Source of the DNA: Candidatus Kuenenia stuttgartensis
GTDB taxonomy: Bacteria; Planctomycetota; Brocadiia; Brocadiales; Brocadiaceae
Direction of reading: 5' to 3'
Assembly: GCF_900232105.1 (NCBI RefSeq)
Contig: NZ_LT934425.1
Coordinates: 4,050,001-4,082,000 of the forward strand
Length of the DNA stretch: 32,000 nt
The notes under the pieces are model-generated. The model saw nothing but the letters and a program-made list of their open reading frames with translations. It had not been told where the DNA came from and ran no database searches. Position numbers and translations under genes: made by a program. This document shows positions 23,502-31,146 of the stretch, piece after piece. The stretch's first letter is position 1. The number at the start of each line of letters is the position of its first letter.

Positions 23502-25478
23502 ATGAAACATTTTTTAAAAAAAGAAAAGGAATTAAGAAAAAAAGCCTTTGCTGATAAGCAAATTGAGGAGACCGTTGATTTTTTGCGACAACAGGGTATT
23601 GAAACTGTTTGGGGTATACAGGCGGCTTACGATACAAGCCTGTTTGGATTAAAAGACAGGTGTGGATTTGGAAGTCATGGACTCTGTTGCCGAAACTGCA
23701 ACCTTGGTCCCTGCCGGCTGGATAGTGAAGAATTACCTCTTCATACAAGGCTTGCAGCCCCAAAGGTAAAGAGGAGTTCCTGCGGCAAAACGGCTGATAA
23801 TATGGTTGCCGGTATGTTTCTTCAAACGGTGCTGCGCGGCACAAGCTCGCACCTGGGGCATGCAATACATGTGGCGAAAGCGTTTGTCGCGGCAGCTAAA
23901 GGGTCTGAAAATTTCCCAATAAAAGATGAGGCAAAACTTTATGCCGTGGCAAAAGAATTGGGCATAAATACTGACGGCATGCAAATGCTTGATATTGCTA
24001 AGGAAGTCGGTCAAAAAGCGATGGAAGACCTTGTTGGGCAGGGAGAGGGACCTATGAATTTTGCTCTTGCCCTTGCACCAAAAAATATTGATAAACTGGC
24101 AAAGGCAGGCATTGTTCCTCAAAAAGGCGCTGCAGAGGCAATAGTTCAGGGAATCCATAGTACCGCCCAGGGGATGATGAGCAGCACAGACCACCTTATC
24201 ATGTCGTGTTTAAAATACGGGGTAATTGATGTATTGGCCCTCTACATTTCAACACAATTACAGGACATTTTGCTGGGAGTACCCACACCCAAAGAAAGCT
24301 CGATAGGTATGGACGCACTCGATAAAGACAAGGTAAATATCCTTGTACATGGCCATGTGCCGGTACTTTCTGAAATGGTAGTTCATTTTGCAAACAAACT
24401 TGAGGACATGGCAAAAGAGGCGGGGGCGAAAGGCATTAATGTGGTAGGAACCTGCTGCACCGGTACGGAAGTATTAATGAGGCTCGGCATACCCATGGCT
24501 GGTAGCACAATTATGCAGGAACTTGTGGTTGGCACAGGACTGGTAGACGCCGTATGTGTGGATGTACAGTGTGTGTATCCATCACTTTCGTCAATTACAA
24601 AGGGGCTCCATACCCGATTAATTACTACCATGCCTGAATTGCGGATGGACAATGATACCTATATTGAATTTACTCCGGAAAACGCCCATGAATCCGCAAG
24701 GCAAATTGTAGAGGAGGCAATCAAAGCGTATAAAGATCGTTTGTCTGACCGCGTATTTCTGCCAAAAGCCAAGGGGCATAAATTAATGGGTGGCTTTTCT
24801 ACCGAGGTAATGATTGACGTCCTGAAAAAATTAAATGCCCAACAGCCGCTAAAACCGCTTGTCGATCTTATAGTGGATGGTTCTATTCAGGGCGTTGCCG
24901 TGCTTGCCGGTTGTTTGTCCTCAAAGATTCAAACAGACATGAGTTTTGTTATCATGGCAAAGGAGCTTTTAAAGAATAACGTTTTGGTCCTTGCTACAGG
25001 CTGCGCGGCAACGGCATGCGCGCGTCACGGATTACTGACAGGAGAGGCGAAAAAATATGCAGGTGATTCTTTGCGGGGTGTTCTGGAAACAATAGGAAAA
25101 ACCTCTGGATTAAATGGAAGCATCCCCCCTATCCTTCACTTTGGTTCATGCGTGGATAATTCACGCTGCGCTGTATTGGCTTCAGCCATTGCAGATTATC
25201 TGAACACATCCATCGATAAGCTCCCTCTTGTTGCAAGCGCCGCCGAACATGTTGTGGAAAAAGCGGCCGCTATTTATATGGGGGTTATGGCGCTTGGAAT
25301 TACCACACACATTGGTGTAACGCCAAAGCTTGGAGGTTCTCCGTATGTAATTGATATGCTCACCAACAAACTGGAAAGTATCACCGGCAGCACATTAATC
25401 ATTGAAATCGACCCTGTTGAATCGGCAAAAAAGATGATACATCATATTCAAAAGAAAAGAAGGGCATTGGGGATATGA
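23502..25478 (+). CDS. cooS: Anaerobic Ni,Fe carbon-monoxide dehydrogenase catalytic subunit (CooS/AcsA family)
   Basis: The D/B-cluster motif is CGFGSHGLCCRNCNLGPCRL. C-cluster-context motifs are LVHGHV, VGTCCTG, VDVQCV, ATGCAA and HFGSCVDNSR. I moved the start to ATG 23502, which has an AAGGTGG RBS (658 aa). Confidence 0.9.
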   Translation: MKHFLKKEKELRKKAFADKQIEETVDFLRQQGIETVWGIQAAYDTSLFGLKDRCGFGSHGLCCRNCNLGPCRLDSEELPLHTRLAAPKVKRSSCGKTADNMVAGMFLQTVLRGTSSHLGHAIHVAKAFVAAAKGSENFPIKDEAKLYAVAKELGINTDGMQMLDIAKEVGQKAMEDLVGQGEGPMNFALALAPKNIDKLAKAGIVPQKGAAEAIVQGIHSTAQGMMSSTDHLIMSCLKYGVIDVLALYISTQLQDILLGVPTPKESSIGMDALDKDKVNILVHGHVPVLSEMVVHFANKLEDMAKEAGAKGINVVGTCCTGTEVLMRLGIPMAGSTIMQELVVGTGLVDAVCVDVQCVYPSLSSITKGLHTRLITTMPELRMDNDTYIEFTPENAHESARQIVEEAIKAYKDRLSDRVFLPKAKGHKLMGGFSTEVMIDVLKKLNAQQPLKPLVDLIVDGSIQGVAVLAGCLSSKIQTDMSFVIMAKELLKNNVLVLATGCAATACARHGLLTGEAKKYAGDSLRGVLETIGKTSGLNGSIPPILHFGSCVDNSRCAVLASAIADYLNTSIDKLPLVASAAEHVVEKAAAIYMGVMALGITTHIGVTPKLGGSPYVIDMLTNKLESITGSTLIIEIDPVESAKKMIHHIQKKRRALGI

Positions 25479-25494
25479 TAATTTTCAACACATC

Positions 25495-25610
25495 AGTACC
25501 TTAGTCAGCAATCTACAGTCGGCAAATTGCAGATTGAGGACTGAGGATTGAGGACTGCAGACTGTTTTCGTGTTTGTTTGGCTATGGCAGCTTAATGGGT
25601 AAGAAAGAGG
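25495..25610 (-). repeat. Heptamer-phased palindromic repeat element, copy A (inverted relative to copy B at 29383-29525)
   Basis: It has 8 phased units (caatcta cagtcgg caaattg cagattg aggactg aggattg aggactg cagactg, 25509-25564) plus a unique flank ctgttttcgtgtttgtttggctatggcagcttaatggg. The whole element is homologous to the reverse complement of copy B. It starts 17 nt after the cooS stop. Confidence 0.75.
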
Positions 25611-25758
25611 TGTATGATTCAGGCACAGGGCAATCGCATCATAACGGAAATCTTTTTGGTACTTTACAAAAATAATCGTCACCCCATCCGGCCATTCATT
25701 TTTTAGTACCAATATAGTTTTAGAAAAAACCAATAGTAGCGATGTTTGCCGCATATTG

Positions 25759-25855
25759 TAGGGGAGAAGCATTTGCTATAAATTGTTATAAATGCGTTCA
25801 TGCCCAAACCGGCAAATGTTTAGCCCCTGCTTTTCCAAAAAACTAAAGTGTTACT
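25759..25855. repeat. Degraded second copy of the GGGCGAAGCATTTGC palindromic element
   Basis: taggggagaagcatttgc ... ggcaaatgtttagcccctgc followed by ttttccaaaaaactaaagtgttac parallels 20200-20297. The left outer arm is missing. Confidence 0.55.
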
Positions 25856-26216
25856 CCGCATGTCATTTTATTATGTGTAACGTCCCAGTTGAGCGGTACC
25901 GGCTACAAACAGAACCGAGAAGCGCCGCGGCCGAGTCACGGCATCCGCCTCGAACGTAATGTTATACATCTATCTTTGTGGAAATCCTCAAAGACTTCAC
26001 TACTCTATTCCAACCAGAAAGCTTTCTAAAGTGGACGGGTCGGTTCCGGTTTCCGTTCATAATAATCATAATTATAAGTAGGTGACTATGGTCACATCTT
26101 AAATAATAAATATTAAGAAAAGAAATTGGAAAATCTTTACAGGCTATCACGAAATACAATACAAATTCACAAATTTCCTTTTAAACATTCATTGTTTTTT
26201 CCCACCCGCTATTCTT

Positions 26217-26426
26217 TTATGCGAAAATTAACCTGCCTTTAGGTTCGGGAACATGACGTCCTAATTCCTTAGCAGTCTCTAGCCAATCTTTGATAACAAT
26301 TTCAGCATTACTGAGCGCCTCCTGATATGTAGCTCCATCGGCTGCACAGCCTGGCAATTCCGGAACTTCTGCAATGAAGGCATGATCCTCTACGCTCCAG
26401 TAGATAATTATTTCATATCTGCTCAT
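26217..26426 (-). CDS. hicB: HicB-like antitoxin (UPF0150 family)
   Basis: A 69-aa protein, YEIIIYWSVEDHAFIAEVPELPGCAADGATYQEALSNAEIVIKDWLETAKELGRHVPEP, the typical short HicB/UPF0150 fold signature. Confidence 0.75.
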   Translation of the reverse strand: MSRYEIIIYWSVEDHAFIAEVPELPGCAADGATYQEALSNAEIVIKDWLETAKELGRHVPEPKGRLIFA

Positions 26427-26571
26427 TTTCTTTGTCTCCCAACTTGTATTTTAATATTATATTGCGTACCTGTTTAACTCCTAAGCTAAGCCCCCAGCTA
26501 TGCTGGGGAGAATGGCAAAAGCTATGCTGAAGTATTTGAAAAAGGAATGAGCTTTTGAGATTATTATTGCT

Positions 26572-28287
26572 CCTAAATCCTGCAAACGATTTTCGCAATG
26601 CGAAAATCAGTATTTTCCACTACCAAGATTGGCAAAAAGCGATAACAGATATCCGTTTTTTAGCAATTGTGGTAGCGCTATTGTACTACTTTAAACAAAA
26701 AGACATGGGAAATTGTCGGAAACGTGCTCTCTGATGCAATGAAAATCAAGATAGGGATGTACTGTCTCCATCTGCGGTATACTTACCACTCTCAAAAGAC
26801 TAAAAAAACGAAATACAACGTCGGTTTTCTACTGAAAAACTACATCCAGTGACATGCGTTCCCACTTTTCCCATTCCTCCTGATGGAGAAATTTCTCCGG
26901 CAATTTTAATGTCATCTGCCGGCTTCTCTCCACCAGTTTCCCTGCCACACGGATTAACCACAGTCTCATCGTCTTTACTTCCCACTGTTGTATCACTCCA
27001 CCACTGAGCAATCCCATCCACTTCAAAAGATTATACGCTAACACCGCACACTGAAATAGCGCAGCATTGGCCAAAAATTCACCCGTACGTATGTGCCCCG
27101 CATTCATCTGTCCTTTACTCTCTTCTATCAAAGTCTCGCAGGTAGCCCTCTTTCCATAACAACGATGCGCTTCCATCGGACTTAACCGCTCCGTTGTAAC
27201 GTAACAAAAATACTCATACACGGACACTTCTACTAATTTCTTTTCTCTTTTGACCAATTGCCGCACTGCCACAAAACGTCTCGCACGATCCCACCCTGCA
27301 CATCGATACCAAAATTCAGCCTGTTCCCATCCTGGCTCCCCTTTCACCTCATTCCATTTCTGCCCTTCAAGCAATCCTTCCAGATTCTTCAGCTTTACCT
27401 TAATCAGATATCCCGCCAATATTGACTCAAGGTATTCAAGTAATTCTCCGGTAAAAAAACCGCTGTCTCCCCGAAATACCACCCTTACCCCCTTATTCAT
27501 GTACGCCATACATTCCTTCATGAACTCTACTACTCCGTTACTCGTGTAGGCGCTTCCACAGCGGAACCAACTATGTAATACCTCCTTTGTTTCTGCAATA
27601 AATGCCATTAAGGGATGATACGCCTTCTGCCCCTTCTTGTGCGGATTATATCCTACCTCTGCACCCTCCTGTTTCCCATATACACCATCTACGGTAGAAT
27701 CAACATCTATCCATACTTCGCAAAGAGCACTCCTGAGTTTATGGCCTGATCTCACCGCACGCTTCCATATCTTTCCCCTAAACCGGTGGATCACCCCCGT
27801 CAGTTCCACTATATCTCCCTGACTCGCCAGCTTCATAATACGTCCTATCGTAGTATCTACAGGTACCTCTTTCCACCCGGACATCTTCTTCAATACCTCA
27901 TCTGTACACACCTTCATCACCTCTACCATCGATGTCGCCCCTGCTATCAACCCTATCACTACCATTTGTACCGCATCGACAAACTGATACCGGGCATTTG
28001 CTCCACGATCCTTATGGACCGCTTCATGGACTCTCTCCCGGAACATCAGCTTACCCATAAAATTCAATACCGGTAAAAGCCCTGCATGTACCGTTAAGCC
28101 TTTCCCGCTCATCTCTGCCTTGATTTTCGGTTGTCTTTTGCTGTATTTTTTTGCTATATTCTTCATCGAAATGGTGAATCTCCTTTCAGGTGTTTTTTGT
28201 TATCAATATACCGCCGAATACCTTGGAAATCCTACCATTTCAATCCTATTCCTGCAACAAGGCTTTGCCTTGTTTGCAGGATTTAGG
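26572..28287 (-). mobile_element. IS1380-family insertion sequence, 1716 bp, intact
   Basis: The perfect 16-bp IRs are cctaaatcctgcaaac (26572-26587) and gtttgcaggatttagg (28272-28287). The direct repeat TTGCT lies at 26567-26571 and 28288-28292. The size, the CC-initiated IR and the 4-5 bp duplication fit IS1380. Confidence 0.9.
26829..28166 (-). CDS. IS1380-family DDE transposase
   Basis: A 445-aa protein. IDVDSTVDGVYGKQEGAEVGYNPHKKGQKAYHPLMAF, VFRGDSGF and YGKRATCETLIEESK are characteristic of IS1380 transposases. Confidence 0.9.
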   Translation of the reverse strand: MKNIAKKYSKRQPKIKAEMSGKGLTVHAGLLPVLNFMGKLMFRERVHEAVHKDRGANARYQFVDAVQMVVIGLIAGATSMVEVMKVCTDEVLKKMSGWKEVPVDTTIGRIMKLASQGDIVELTGVIHRFRGKIWKRAVRSGHKLRSALCEVWIDVDSTVDGVYGKQEGAEVGYNPHKKGQKAYHPLMAFIAETKEVLHSWFRCGSAYTSNGVVEFMKECMAYMNKGVRVVFRGDSGFFTGELLEYLESILAGYLIKVKLKNLEGLLEGQKWNEVKGEPGWEQAEFWYRCAGWDRARRFVAVRQLVKREKKLVEVSVYEYFCYVTTERLSPMEAHRCYGKRATCETLIEESKGQMNAGHIRTGEFLANAALFQCAVLAYNLLKWMGLLSGGVIQQWEVKTMRLWLIRVAGKLVERSRQMTLKLPEKFLHQEEWEKWERMSLDVVFQ

Positions 28288-28361
28288 TTGCTTATTATTT
28301 CCACCTGTCAATTACAAAAAATTAAACATTTCAAAGAAAAGGCGGGGTCAAATCTTAATGA

Positions 28362-28389
28362 TTGACAAATAGCTTGTATCTGATATGAT
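28362..28389 (+). promoter_or_regulatory. Promoter of the Y1-transposase gene (TTGACA-N16-TATGAT), probably giving a leaderless mRNA
   Basis: TTGACA lies at 28362-28367 and TATGAT at 28384-28389. Only 6 nt (acccgc) separate the -10 from ATG 28396, and there is no SD. Confidence 0.5.
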
Positions 28390-28395
28390 ACCCGC

Positions 28396-29370
28396 ATGGC
28401 AAGACCACTACGCATACAATATAAAAATGCATTATATCTTGTGACCTGCCAGGGTAACAAGCGTAAGGCAATATTCAGGGATGACCAGGATAAGAAACTG
28501 TTTCTTGAGTTGTTGAATGACGGGCTGAAAACTTATACTAACCTTCTGTATGGTTACGTTCTCATGGAGAATCATTTCCATCTGCTTTTAGAAACACCCC
28601 TCGCCAATCTCAGTGAATTTATGAAATGGATTAACATTACCTACACCGCATATTACAATAAAAGACACAAAAGGACAGGCCATTTGTATCAGGGGAGATA
28701 CAAGAGCATTCTCCTTGAAAAGAAAGCGTATCTGGATATTGTGTCCCGATATATTCATTTAAACCCTCTCAATACGAGGCTGGGGAAAAAACTGCCGCTA
28801 TCGGAAAAGAGAAATTATTTGAAGAACTATGCGTGGAGCAGCCTTTTAGGTACTATCGATCATACCAAAAGAAATGACATTATAGCGTATGCCGGGGTAC
28901 TTGAGCCATATGGAGGCGACAACAAAAAAGGACGGCAATTGTATTGGGAGGCTGTTTGCAGTGATTTGCCGGCAGGTATTAAAATAAAAAATATGGTTGT
29001 TGGTGGAAACATACTGGGGAGCACCGGGTTTATCAACAGGGTGAGAGATAAATATTTACCGCTGAGATCACGTGAGATTTTACCTGCACGGCGGTTAAAA
29101 AACTATATCAGAAAAGAGACCATCATTAAAGCACTCTGCAAGGAGACAAAGAAAAGTTTTGATGAAATAAAGAATGAACGGGGTGTAATACGGCAAATAG
29201 CCATGGACTTATTGTACCGTTTTGGCGGGCTAAGCGGAACGGAGATCGGAGAAATGATGGGGATTGGCTATAGCACTGTAAGCATGGAGAGAAAACGATT
29301 ACGGGCAAAACTTAAAGGCAACAGGCATCTTTCCGGGATTATCAAAAGGATTGAAGCTATCCTCCAATGA
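28396..29370 (+). CDS. RAYT-like Y1 (HUH) tyrosine transposase, IS200-like fold, with C-terminal DnaA-domain-IV-like HTH
   Basis: The HUH motif is MENHFHLLLET and the catalytic-Tyr context is DIVSRYIHLNP; GHLYQGRYKS is typical of PF01797/RAYT proteins. The C-terminus IRQIAMDLLYRFGGLSGTEIGEMMGIGYSTVSMERKRLRAKL resembles the DnaA C-terminal HTH (PF08299). Confidence 0.8.
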   Translation: MARPLRIQYKNALYLVTCQGNKRKAIFRDDQDKKLFLELLNDGLKTYTNLLYGYVLMENHFHLLLETPLANLSEFMKWINITYTAYYNKRHKRTGHLYQGRYKSILLEKKAYLDIVSRYIHLNPLNTRLGKKLPLSEKRNYLKNYAWSSLLGTIDHTKRNDIIAYAGVLEPYGGDNKKGRQLYWEAVCSDLPAGIKIKNMVVGGNILGSTGFINRVRDKYLPLRSREILPARRLKNYIRKETIIKALCKETKKSFDEIKNERGVIRQIAMDLLYRFGGLSGTEIGEMMGIGYSTVSMERKRLRAKLKGNRHLSGIIKRIEAILQ

Positions 29371-29382
29371 GAAGGCATTGAC

Positions 29383-29525
29383 CCCTCTCCCCTTAAGCTA
29401 GCATAGCCAGAATCAAACAAACACGAAACAGTCCTCAGTCTTCAATCTTCAGTCTTCAGTCGGCAATCCTCAATCGGCAATTTGCCGACTGCCGACTGTA
29501 GATTGCCGACTGCAAAAAGATACTA
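29383..29525 (+). repeat. Heptamer-phased palindromic repeat element, copy B
   Basis: A unique flank cccctctccccttaagctagcatagccagaatcaaacaaacacgaaa precedes 12 perfectly phased heptamers (29430-29513): cagtcct cagtctt caatctt cagtctt cagtcgg caatcct caatcgg caatttg ccgactg ccgactg tagattg ccgactg. It starts 12 nt after the Y1-transposase stop. Confidence 0.8.
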
Positions 29526-29576
29526 ATAAAGCAGCTCCCCGATTACTTCTCCCGCACGACATTTCCAGACCGCATT

Positions 29577-30200
29577 ATGACTATTGAAAAATCGCGATTC
29601 CACCAATTTATTATAAAACAAAATAATTTTGACCGGCTAGGGTTTGAAAATTGGGTTTTTTACCCCGGCATGTTGTTTAATGATCATCATAAATGGTGGT
29701 CAGATGCAGGTATTCGCCGCCAACCTCACGAAGGAGTTGATTTCTGTTTTTACCGGGATACAACGGGAGGTATACGTACTATTGGCTATAAAACAAAGAT
29801 CCCGGCGCTCTATGATGGAAGGGTAGCGCATATCCACGATGATTTTCTGGGCAAATCTATCTATGTGCAGCACAATACCTACGACGAGCGCAGACATGCG
29901 CTTTTCACTATATATGGACATACCATTCCAGTGAATGGCCTTAATACGGGAGATATGGTGAGCGAGGGCAACATACTTGCAACCACCGCAAATGTGCGGG
30001 AACATGCAAGGATTCTTCCCCATGTGCATATCACAGTGGCATGGATACCTGTATCTTTTCCCCATGAAAGACTTACATGGAAAATGATAAATGCCCCACA
30101 GATAACCACCCTCTGTAATCCTCTTGAGTTTATCGATTGCAAATTTACCGTTGAAAGGGAATGGGTCGATCCGGAGGATTATTTTCCGGCAAAAGACTGA
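29577..30200 (+). CDS. M23 (LytM-like) metallopeptidase-domain protein without a signal peptide
   Basis: It has the HxxxD motif (PHEGVDF) and the HxH motif (LPHVHITV) with GDMVSEGNILA between them, in the order typical of M23 peptidases. No N-terminal hydrophobic segment and no clear SD. Confidence 0.7.
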   Translation: MTIEKSRFHQFIIKQNNFDRLGFENWVFYPGMLFNDHHKWWSDAGIRRQPHEGVDFCFYRDTTGGIRTIGYKTKIPALYDGRVAHIHDDFLGKSIYVQHNTYDERRHALFTIYGHTIPVNGLNTGDMVSEGNILATTANVREHARILPHVHITVAWIPVSFPHERLTWKMINAPQITTLCNPLEFIDCKFTVEREWVDPEDYFPAKD

Positions 30201-30246
30201 TTTTTGGCTTACCGAATTATTCTCCCATGTTACAAAAAGAAATGAA

Positions 30247-31146
30247 TCAAAATTGTTTCCCTTCTGATTGCAACGCCTCAAAGCCCGCTACTATATCAAG
30301 AAGTTCTTCAGTGATAGAGGTCTGATACTGATGACGATAGGACATATTCAACCCTTCAACCGTTTCTTTTATATTTTTTTCTGCAGTTTGCATGGAAGAA
30401 AGCCGGCTTGCGTTTTCACTTGCCATAGACTCTGCAAGTGCCCGATAGAGTAAAACAAAAATATACTGGCGAACAAGCGTTGAAAAAAGTTTCCTCCTCT
30501 CCATTGTAAATGTTGGAATTATATGAGATGGCCATTTTTTCCCCGCTAACGCATCCAACCATTCCTGATCCAGCGGCAAGAGATGCGCTGTTTGAGGTTT
30601 GCAGGAAGTGCTGGATAACAATTTATGGTGAAACAAAATAACCTTTGTAATTTTCCCCTTCTCTTCCAAACTGTTAAGCGCCGTTACAATTTTGTATCCG
30701 GTTTCTACAAGCTCTGAGTGGGACGCCGGTACAGGGAATATTTCTTCAACAGGATGCCCTCGTTCTTCGATAAGATCTGCTGCCCGCACTCCGACGCAGA
30801 GCAAAACATATCGTTCATGGGCAATGCTTTTGCTGTACATGCTTTCCAGCGCATATGATGTTATTTGACTATTGAATCCGCCACAAAGGCCATGGTCGGA
30901 ACCGAATACCACGGCGCATCCTGCAGTTTTTTCCTTTCCTGATATTTTTGAAACAACTTCTCCCTCTCCTTTTTGGAGAACCACCTGAAGGCCCATTTCA
31001 ATGGTTCGGTAGTAACCGGAAACCGCTTCAACAGCTTCCTCATAATGGCGAACATTTATCGCTGCAAGCGTTTTCATAGTTTTTACTATGGCATGCAAAT
31101 CTTCAGCGCTCTGAATTTTCCTCCTCAACCGTTCAAGTGTTAGCAT
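30247..31146 (-). CDS. atpG: F1 ATPase gamma subunit of the alternate (N-type) F1Fo ATPase
   Basis: A 299-aa protein. The N-terminus LRRKIQSAEDLHAIVKTMKTLAAINVRHYEEAV and the C-terminus QTSITEELLDIVAGFEAL are gamma-like but diverge from canonical gamma. It directly follows atpA and no atpD follows it. Confidence 0.8.
   Translation of the reverse strand: MLTLERLRRKIQSAEDLHAIVKTMKTLAAINVRHYEEAVEAVSGYYRTIEMGLQVVLQKGEGEVVSKISGKEKTAGCAVVFGSDHGLCGGFNSQITSYALESMYSKSIAHERYVLLCVGVRAADLIEERGHPVEEIFPVPASHSELVETGYKIVTALNSLEEKGKITKVILFHHKLLSSTSCKPQTAHLLPLDQEWLDALAGKKWPSHIIPTFTMERRKLFSTLVRQYIFVLLYRALAESMASENASRLSSMQTAEKNIKETVEGLNMSYRHQYQTSITEELLDIVAGFEALQSEGKQF

Noticed and set aside
23440-24652. Minus-strand ORFs over the cooS 5' region (23440-23865, 23733-24194, 24383-24652).
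   Set aside because: They are antisense to cooS and translate to Cys/His/Pro-rich junk.
25485-25772. A 95-aa minus-strand ORF after cooS.
   Set aside because: It is translated straight through the heptamer repeat and the palindromic element (…SQTNTKTVCSPQSSVLNLQFADCRLL…). It is a repeat artefact.
25881-25956. A tRNA or tmRNA-like gene in the GC-rich patch (it contains gttcgagg).
   Set aside because: No complementary T-stem, acceptor stem or anticodon arm can be drawn around it. I kept it only as an unexplained GC-rich patch.
26800-27021. A 73-aa ORF overlapping the 3' end of the IS1380 transposase gene.
   Set aside because: It lies in another frame of a well-supported transposase gene inside the IS.
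28344-29386. An 8-bp inverted pair ggggtcaa (28344-28351) / ttgacccc (29379-29386) flanking the Y1-transposase gene.
   Set aside because: Only 8 bp match and there is flexible placement over about 100 nt on each side, so this is plausibly chance. The much longer heptamer-element pair is the better candidate boundary.
29700-30281. A 193-aa minus-strand ORF overlapping the M23 gene, and smaller ORFs at 29644-29826 and 29879-30142.
   Set aside because: It is antisense to a frame that has both M23 zinc motifs. The translation is Cys/His-rich with no recognisable domain.
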